Assembly: GCF_000142905.1 (NCBI RefSeq)
Contig: NW_013657666.1
Coordinates: forward strand, 37,399 to 101,398
DNA length: 64,000 bases
Origin: Thecamonas trahens ATCC 50062
Lineage: Eukaryota; Protista; Apusomonadida
Direction: 5' to 3'
In this document: piece by piece, positions 55,201-64,000 of the stretch
How the letters are laid out: each line of letters begins with the position of its first letter
Numbering within the stretch: the first letter of the stretch is position 1
The notes under the pieces: model-generated
The model's database searches: none
The model's input: the letters and a program-made list of their open reading frames with translations, nothing else
Told to the model about the DNA's origin: nothing
Made by a program: the position numbers and the translations under genes

Positions 55201-58200
55201 CACTTTGGATAGCGGGATGCCCGTCGGATCGACGCCGTCAACGGCCGACTTGAGCCGATGCGTCTTGTGGAGAACGCCAAGCCCGCCGCGGGTACTGGGG
55301 CTCTTGCCAAGGAGGAGACCGACGGCGGCAAGGGTACCGGCCCGGTCTCGGGCGTGCCGCCGTCAAGGTTGTGCAAGAGTGCGAGCGCCGACGCCGGCTC
55401 GTCACGAAGTGCCACCGAAGCGGTCTCGGCCGCCTGGATCTGCGCCGACAGAACAGCCTCCTCACGAGCCACTCTCGCCTGCGCCTCGACAAGCGAGTGC
55501 TGGAGCTGGCCGGCTTCGCGCGCAAGATGGCGCTCCGAACGCTGTGCCGATGCCTCGTGGACCAGCAGCTCTGACCGGGCTTTGGCAAGCTTGATCCGGG
55601 CTGTGCTGAGCTGGGCAAGAAGTGCCTGCTCGCGGGCCTCGAGCTCTTCGCGCTGCGCGTCGATAACCGGCAGCGCGTCGAGAACCGTATGCATGGTCTG
55701 GAGAAAGCCGGCATGTGAGCCGACCGCGGCGCGAATGTGGGAGCCAAGGCAGGCTACCAGCCGATGCACCATGCTGAGCGGGAGCGCGCCAGTCGCGGCG
55801 CGCGCGAGCGCACCCGTAGCATGGGCAATGCCACATTTAGCGCCGGCTTGGACAAGCTCGTGGACCTTGCCCACCACGTGGGCGACGAGGGCATCGAACG
55901 ATGCGCTCGGGAGACAAACGTCGCGGACCGGGCTGGGGAGCGAACTGTCGAGCCACTCGAGGTGTGGTACAATAAGATGCTCCACAAGTTGAGTGACCGA
56001 GACAGGTGCCACCCCCCGCGCGAGGGCGACAACGGTCGACGAGCCGACCAGTCCAGGATAGGCTGCCCCAAAGCCAGCAACCTGGCCAGGCTCGTCGTCG
56101 GCGACGGCGACAATCACCGTGACTCGCGACCGGATGGTAGCAAAGAGCGCGGCGGTGAGCTCGTCGCGCGGCACGTCTTCGGGAATAGCGAGTGCCGTCG
56201 CAGCCGTCGTCACAAGGCCGCTCACCTCTTCCGCTGAGAAGAGGCCAGCCACGTTGCCGCCGCAAACAAGCGAGGTCATGGCATGAACCACGTCCGGAAC
56301 GGCCAGCAGCGACGCGTCGACAAACATGACTACACGTCGCATCTCAACAGCCGCTTCGGTGCACGCGTCCTTGAGCATGGCAAGAGTGTCGCGAAGATGT
56401 GCAGCTTCGCCGCCGACGGCGCTCCGAGGCAGGGCGTGGTAGAACGTCGCGCCCGAGAGAGCGGCGGCGGCACGCGCGGCGCTCGTCTTGCCGCTGCCTG
56501 ACGCGCCAGTAAGAACAACATGTGCGTTGTACGGTGCCGCGATGTGGTAGTGGAGCGCGAGAACGTTGGTCACAAACTCGGTAAACGCAACATGCGGGAG
56601 GCGATGGCCAGAGCACCGCGCGAGAACGTGTGCTACCACAGCGTGTGCAAGATCTAGGGAGCCCACCAAGACGTTGGCCGGGCGGAGGAGACGGCCTGAG
56701 TTTGCGAGTGCAGGTGGCGTGTGTGCATCAAAGGTGTGATGCAAGCGTGGCATCGGCAGTGAGTCGGCGGCGGCAGTCCAGGCAGGGGCCAACTTGGAGA
56801 TGATGGGGGCGGAAGCGTCGGGCCCGGTCACGTCCCAGCGTAGGACGGCGGGCTCAACGTCGAGGAGTGCGTAGTAGGTACGCTGCTCGAGAGAGTGTAT
56901 ACGGGTACTGCCGAGCGAGAGTGTGCGCAGCATGTGTGCGTCGAGCGGGAGTGAGAGCTTGGGTGCATCAAAGTTGGCCCGCGCAGCTACCAGTAGGTGA
57001 CGACGGAAGAGCTCGGGGTGGTTAGACGTAGGGTCGAGCTGGTCCCCAAAGCTCCGCTGCGCTGCGAGAATCCAGGTCTTGGCCAAAAGATCGGGTGTGG
57101 GTGCAGCGAGGGCCACTATGCGGAGAATACCGTTAGCAAGCGCCACCAGGCTTCGGAGATTGAAATTGTAGTGTGGGTGGACGTGGGCGGCATAGTGGAG
57201 CTCATTGCGGGTATAGTTGTACACGTCGAGCGAAGCGGCGACTAGCGCAGGGATGCAGCTTTTGAGCGCGTTGAGATCGAGGGTCATGCCAAACGCAGCA
57301 TCAAAGACCTGCGATAGGAGCGATGAGAGCGAGAGCATCTCGGGCTCGGCAAGCGCAATGGGCAAGAGGAGCGAAGCGAGCCGCGAGGAGGCACGAGTCG
57401 GCAGCTGGGCAGCGCCAATGAACCTCGGCTGGGCCCACTTGCCGACGAGCGACCAGTTGCCAAGGAGGGTGTCAGAATCTGCAGAAGCCTCGTCGCGGAC
57501 AGCGGGCCTGTGGAGCCCGCCAAGAATCAAGAGCTGGCGCAGCAGCTCGTGGCTGGCACACACGCCGGTGGTGCCTGGCACAGCTGCACCGAGGTCGTCG
57601 ACAAACAGCAGTTGCGGCGGAGCGGTGGCAGCAAGCATCGGGGCGAGCGCATCGATGAGTTCAGCGCGCGTCATGTTGCGCAAAAGGCCAATTGAGTGAC
57701 TGGAGTACGATGACGACGACAGGAGCCAGCGAGCGAGCGCGGACTTTCCGTTGCCCGACTCGGAGACAATGAGCGTGGGAATGGCGGCGGCAAGCGCGAG
57801 ATTGGTGACCGTGGCGACCTTAATCGACTCGAGTGTGGGTACAAACGGGACGGTAAAGATGGACGACGCCTCGGGCGGAGGGATGGCAGCGAGGGAGAGG
57901 CCCTCAAGCGGCGCGAGCTCGCCGGAGCTGGCCTCGACAAAGTAGTCAAACAAGTTAGTCTGTGGCGAGAGGAGGAGAACGTCCTGGAGGCGGGCGTGGG
58001 CAATGAGCTCAAAGTCGTCGCAGGCTGGAGCAGGCAGGCCACCGCCGAGCGACCAGAGGTAGGCGTAAGCAAAGACAGATGCGACTAGTTGATCCGGGTG
58101 CGACTTGCGGCGGACCCGAGGCTGGATCGACTCGAGCGTGGCGCTAAAGAGCCGGAGCAAGTTGTCGAGCGCGGTCGGCCAGGGGAGGCACAAGCCAAGT

Positions 58201-61200
58201 TGGGTAGCGGCAACGTAGCCGGCCTCAAAGTGGCTAAGCGCGAGCTCGCGGGCGTGCTTGTCACATCCGGATGGGATCATGGCGGCTACGGCGTCAGCGG
58301 TGAGCGGAAGATCGATGGTGACAATGGCTAGACGCGAGACAATGGCGGGTGAGGCATGCACAAGGTCGTGGGCTTCAAAGATAAGCCGCGTCTCCGGCGC
58401 AAGCTTAACGCGCTCGCCGGAAGGGAGGCAAGCGTTGGCGTTCTCGTCCATGATCGAGTTCATGGCCTCGGCCCACGAGACATCGACCGCACCGTCCAGA
58501 ACTATCACAGGGCGAATAGGCTTCTCGCTCTGCTGCAGTGTCTTGAGGGCAGACGCCAGGGTGCCGGACGACCCGAGGAGAGCGTGTGGGCCAAGCGCGT
58601 GTGGGAAGAGCTTGACAACCGCGATAGCAAGGTCGGTGAGTGGCGGCGGGGCGCGAGTCGGGTTGGATCGGAGTGCAAGGTTGGTGAGGGCGGTGCAGAG
58701 CGCAGCAATGGCCGTCGACTTACCCGAGGCCGGTCGCCCGACAACCACTACGCCGCGGTTGGCAGAGGCGAGCGTGTAGAGGTCGAGCGCGGCACGGGTA
58801 GTCGACGGGAGCGGAAGCGCGACAAGACCGCGAAGCGCGGCCGAGAGTGCGGCTTTGACCTCAATGTAGTGGTGGGTGTTCTCGACGCGGACGGTGCTGA
58901 GCGAGCTGCCGGTGTCAAGATGAGCACGGACGCGTGGAAACGCATCCGAGACTAGGAGGGCAAGAGTCGAGTCGCGGAGCGGCGCCGGGACGAGCGGGCC
59001 AAGCGTGGCGAGCGTCGCTTGGGTGATGCGATCCTCGACGTCAAGTGCGGCGTACGCGCCGAGTTTGCCAAAGCACGCAGCGAGTCGGGCTATGGCCACA
59101 AGGGTCCTCAGCGAGAACGCGTGCGTAGGTGCGGCAGTGAGTACGGCGCCGGCCGAGTCAAGAAGGCCAGTGAGCCTGCGAGCAAGGTCGCACGCCGGCT
59201 TGTCGTCGAGTCCGGCTCGAACAAGCAGAAAGTGGGCGATGGCGACAGTGTCAGGCAGGGTGAGCGTGATCGGCCGGAGTTGTGAAAGAAGAGCATCGGG
59301 CAGTGGGCGCTCGTTCGCAAACGGCGGGTCCATGGTGACGGCGATGGCGGCGGTCGGCGAGAGGCCCATCGAGACGCCGGAGAGAGTGATCGAGTCCGAG
59401 CCTCCGGCGAGGGCGCGAAAGATGGTGGCAACGTGCTGCGAGAGGACCGAGAGGATGGGTAGGGCGAGGGCGTCAACTTCGTCGAGGCAGAGCAGTTGCC
59501 CGGAGAGAACAGTGCCAGAGAGGAGGCTGTGGACGGCGGCGTATGATGTGCTCGGTGAGCAGTTGAAAACCAGGGTAAAGACGCCGAGCATCTTACCGAG
59601 CTCCTTGACCGTTTCGGTCTTACCGGTGGCGGCCGGGCCTGCGAGAGCGCCACCAGAAAAGGCACCGATGGCGAGGGCAAGGTTCTGGAGGGCGGCGACG
59701 GTGCGTGGGGTGCAAACGAGGCGCGGTGCGAGGCCAAGATACTCAAACTGGTACTCGAACGAGTGGACTGAAACGGCGAGGGTGAGCTTGCGAGCCTCGT
59801 AGTAGTGCCGGGGAAGCGAGACCCACTCGTGGGCCCGAACCGAGGTGACGCCCGATGCGACCAGATCAGCCACTGTGTCTCGGTGGTAGAGCGTGAGCGT
59901 GACGAGGTTGGAGACGAGGAGGAGGATGCGTGGTGGCAGCGAAGCCGATGCCGCCGAGATGGCCAACGCGCGCAGGACCGATGTCAGCTGCGAATGAAGC
60001 TGGCCGAGGAGGGCAATGACGTGCTTGGAGGTGAGGAGCAACTCAACAGAGCGCACAAAGTGGACCGCGTAGCCGAGGGTGAGCATCGAGTCGGGTACGG
60101 CGCCGATGAGTGTAGCGCCGGCGACTGCGGGGAGGGCGAGCTTGCCTGCAGCATGCGGAAAGACTTGGACAAGCTCGGCTGATGGTGTTGGGAGCTCGGG
60201 CAAGACGGGTGACGAGGCAGTGAGAGCAGCAAGGACGGTGTCGAGGGCGTCGGTGAGGGTACTCTTGACGCCAGCGGTGACGGTGGCGAGCCACCGCTCG
60301 AGGCCACCACGGGCAAGTACGCGCGACGAAAGCGCAAACGACTCGGGTGGGCCTCCGTCTCGCAGCGTCGCCGAAGTGACGCCGACAATAGCAATCGGGG
60401 CGTCGGACGCTGCCGACGGCTCCGACGTCAGCGAGGCAATGCCAGCAAACATGAGCGGGAGGTAGGGCGCAATGGACTCGGGCGTGTCGACGTAGTCGAT
60501 GAGGAGGTCAAGAAGAACCCGGCGCGAGAGGAAGCAAAAGCGCGGAAAGGCGCGGCGCTTGTTGGCGAGGTAGTCGTCGATGGCGGCCTTGGCGTCGTCG
60601 AGGTGACTAGCGGTGACCTGGAGTGAGGCGAGCGGGAGCGATGAGGGGACGAGAAGGGTGGACTTGGCCGCTAATCCATGGTTCATGGCACGGAACGAGG
60701 AATGTGCCTTTTGGACGGTGCGCAGGTGCTGCGGCAGCCGGCGCTGTACATCGTAGGCCTTAAAGATGGCAGCGAGGTCCATGAGAGTGGCCTGAACCGC
60801 AACAGCGAGGCGAAGAAAGGCCGCGAGGTGGTTGAGAGCTGCAGTGAGCGAGGTGGACATCTTGGCGAGCGCTCCGTACTCGGCATACTTGGAGGAAGAA
60901 AGAGCGGAGAGGGCGAGGCGGTCATCCTCGAGACTGTCGATGAGGGAAGAGACGGCTGGTCCCTCCAGGACCATGGTGTCGGTACCAAGGGCGGACGACG
61001 GCGGGGCGGGGACGAGGGGGAGCGCGCGGGCGAGCCACTCGGTACGAATGAGCGAGATCCGCGACTCGACGGTGTGCTCTTTGAGCGCGGCGTGGGCGAG
61101 GGAGTGCAGCTGTGGCATGACGCTGCGGAGGCCGACATCGAGAAGGGCCCCAAGCGAGATGTTCGCTGGCTCGATGGGTAGAACGTCTGGTGATGGCGAG

Positions 61201-63967
61201 TGGAGGAGTGCGCGGAGTCGAACCCAGTGGACGTAGCGGAACGAGGTGTGGAGAAAGGGGATGAGGAGCGGGAGGTGTGAGGCAAGAAAGTCGATGGTCG
61301 AGGCGAGGTACCCGAGAAGCTTGGTGGCGAGCAGAGCGTCTGGATGGGCGATCAGCTGACGGTGGCCACTCTTGAGCTGATCGAGCGTGGCCGAAAGATC
61401 CTTGGCGTTCAGCGACAGGATCGGGGTGGCGAGCCAGGAGGCAGCGGCCGCCCGGGCGGCGGCGACGAGTTCCCAAAGCGAGGCAAGGCCTTCCAGTCGG
61501 GCAGAGAGCGGCGGGAGCGCGGAGCGGTCTGGCTGCGGCATGGCGAGGGCGGTCCAAGTGGCGTCCGAGGCGGCCAGCTCGTCGAGGAGCGGCTTCGCCG
61601 ATGCATTGAAGGCGCCAAGCAGCGAGTCAAGCTCGTCGGCCGGCGTCGAGAGAACCCAAAGGCGCGGCTCGTTGGCAATGGCGGCAAAGAGCTTGTTCAT
61701 GTTCTCGGCGAGGCGCTCATCAGCCGCGAGGAGGTCTGTGACATGGAGGGCGACGGTGTGCTCGAGGGCGGCGGCAGCGACGGTGACCTGTGAGACGAGC
61801 GACGCGTGGGCGTTGTGAATGTCAGCCGCAGTGCCCGTGACAGCAGGCGGCGTCGGGGCGGGAGGTGTGCGGCGAGAAGGGTGGTGAGGTTGAGAAGGGC
61901 GGTCCGAGCAGCGGCAAAGGTGGTAGGCAGTTGCTCTTGGGCGTGGGAGACGGCGGCGACCCAGGCGACAGCGGCGGTGACCGACGCTGGCTGGGTAGCC
62001 AGCGTGGTGATGGTCTGGGCGACGGCAGAGAGGTAGGCCGAGGCGTGGGCATTGAGCAAGTCGAGGAGCTGGTCGTGAAAGGAGGCAAGCGCCTTGTCAA
62101 GCGCTGGTGCGAGGGACGCACGGAGCTGTACGGCAGTGACAAGGAACGGGCCGATCGGGCGTGGGACTGCAAGTCGGTCGACGGCAGCGGCGAGGGCGCT
62201 GGCACGGACAAGCGACGAGGCGACGGTGGCGGTGCCTACCGGGGTGTCAAGAGCGGGTGCGTGGAGTGGAAGGGTGAGACCTGGTGAAGTGCTGACCGCC
62301 GTGGCCAGGGCTGAGAGCGACGCAAGGTGTGCACGGACAGTGTCGACGTAAGCGGCGATGTGGGTGGCATAGCGGTCTTTGGCGGCGGTGAGCGGACCAA
62401 AGGCGTCGACGACAGTCGCGAGCGGCGAGGAGGACGCGCCACGGAAGCGACCAAAAACGGTGAGGACCGGGTCGGAGATGAGCGGGACAACAGGATCTCC
62501 GCAGGCAAAGACCGATGCCGGGAGAAGCGATGGCAGGGCGGCGAGGTAGTCAAGGAGTGGGCGGAGGAGAGGCGTGGTGGTGACATTGCCGGCGGCGTCG
62601 CTGGTGGCGTGGAGGACAAAGTACGGGGTTGGTGGGGCAGTCGGATGGACATCGGCCTCAAGGAGGGGTGGAAGCGCTGCGTGCGCGCGTGGAGACGGCG
62701 GCGCCAGAGGTGGATGGCCGTCAAAGTGAGCAAGCAGCGCGTGCGGGGAGCGCGACGCCGAGTTCTGGCCCACCAACGTAGCGAGTGCGTGGTGCGTCGA
62801 GCCTACGGCGGCGGTGAAGAGCGTGCCAAAGATGAGGTAGTCCGCGAGGCGGATAAAGGGCTCAAAGAGAAGGATGCGGCGGTTGATGTGGACCGACTCG
62901 ATGGAAGTGCCAGGAACAAGCTCGCCATGTTCGTCGAGGTCGTACGGGGTCGAGTCGAGGACGAGCTGGGCGGCCGAGTGAACGATGGCGCGCCAGCCAA
63001 GATAGGACTCTGCAAACCGGCTTCGCATCACGGCAAAGCTCTCAGCAAGGCCGGCGAGATGATCCGGAACCGAGGCCAGGGTCGGAGGAAAGAGAAGAAG
63101 CGGGTTGGGTGCGTCAAAGTGGGTGTCGAGAAAGTCGACAAGGGCGGTGCGGAGAGCAAGCCGAGCGTCGTGGAGCGGTGGAACCGAGACAAAGAGCCTT
63201 CGAAAGAGATGCTCCTTCCGGAGGGCAAAGATGCGCGCGCGGATAGCGGTCCGCCAGCCGTCAAAGTACTTGCGAAGCTTAAAGGCGGCAAAGTAGTGCA
63301 ACCGGCGCATGGCGTTGTAGTTGGCCAGATCTCGCTCGTACTCGGCGCGCGGAGTAAACTCAGAATACGACTCGCCGCGAAAGTGCGTGAGCCCTGCGTC
63401 TGAGAGAGTAAAGTACTCGCGCGACGGTGGCGGGAGGCGTGTGGGGCGCAACTCGTAGAACGATGGCAGCAGCGGGTTGGCATACACCAGGATCTGGATC
63501 GGCGGATGCGACGTCGGCAGCGCCGGCATGACCGCCTTCCCAGCACCGCTTGCGGCACTTTCTTTCCGCTGCGGAGAAGCATGGACGGAGGCATGCTCCG
63601 CTACTTTGCCACTTTTCGAAGAACGATCGCGATGCGGCGAGCGGAGTCGGTGCGATGCGTCGGGCGCTCTCGAGTCTCTCCGTCTCGCCAGCGATCGATT
63701 GAGCAGCGGTGATGGCAGCGGCAGCGGCAGTGGAGAGTGGCGAGGGAGCGATGTCGGCGAGCGAAAGGGCGAGTGTACAGGCGAGGGTGAGGGCGAGGGA
63801 GAGGGCGAGGGCGAGGGTGAGCGGAGAGGAGGGAGTCTTGGATGTGGCGAGCGGTTGGCGCCCGCGCGAGCTGGAGGGGATGAGGGGGATGGGGATGGGG
63901 AAGGCTGCATGCGGCGTGGAGGTTGTCTGCGGGGTGGAGGGGTGGAGTATAGGGAGCGGCGGTGCAT
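49256..63967 (-). CDS. Highly divergent axonemal (single-headed inner-arm type, DNAH6/DNAH14/DNHD1-like) dynein heavy chain, ~4,900 aa; frameshifts near 61860, ~55345 and 51040
   Basis: N-terminal YFTLS..G.THF...SEFTP..EYERD motif; YL..KRRAFPRF.FLS; FEYQFEYLG...RLV.TP.T; P-loops GPAATGKT, GRPASGKS, SESGNGKS, GASGSGKT; MYQFSL.FF; F..DNLG.EFVEP; FRLWL; C-terminal GLYVGGLFMRGA. Confidence 0.9.
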
Positions 63968-64000
63968 GGTGGTGGTGGTGGGTGGGGGGGTGGGGGGGGG

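Noticed and set aside
70-63712. Hundreds of overlapping antisense or alternate-frame ORFs rich in Arg/Pro/Ser/Ala
   Set aside because: Expected shadow ORFs in high-GC coding DNA; no recognisable domains.
33920-63967. Pseudogene status for the frameshifted giant gene and dynein
   Set aside because: Kilobases of stop-free sequence with retained motifs, and the same single-base lesion occurs in the conserved MnmE gene, pointing to sequencing error.
1-64000. tRNA, rRNA or autonomous transposon genes
   Set aside because: No cloverleaf or rRNA signatures and no transposase/RT motifs were recognised by eye; tRNAscan-SE/Infernal would be needed to exclude them.

Overview
GC-rich, gene-dense, intron-poor eukaryotic nuclear DNA from a flagellated protist (CCDC40, an axonemal-type dynein and an animal-like STAT are consistent with an apusomonad such as Thecamonas; the taxon is an inference). 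There are 14 protein-coding genes: CCDC40 (5'-partial), FAN1, a bacterial-type amidohydrolase, STAT, a LIM/coiled-coil/TH1 protein, a K+ channel, CCDC47, a claudin-like protein, MnmE/GTPBP3, a Cys-rich type I membrane protein, a giant kinase, an ankyrin-repeat protein, a ~5,050-aa DUF3638/DUF3645 protein and a divergent dynein heavy chain. The window has 4 N-gaps and about 13 single-base frameshifts, mostly in short homopolymers and probably sequencing errors. Highlights: (1) a K+ channel with FOUR pore loops in one polypeptide and a circularly permuted C2 domain opened in its Ca2+-binding loop; (2) a 72-bp perfect palindrome with TG...CA ends and a 5-bp target-site duplication; (3) a giant protein combining a putative CE-clan-like protease, a P-loop NTPase, ubiquitin-binding-like modules, EF-hands and SPRY domains; (4) a FAN1 with SIM+UIM instead of UBZ; (5) a kinase fused to a degenerate DUF294-type nucleotidyltransferase domain.
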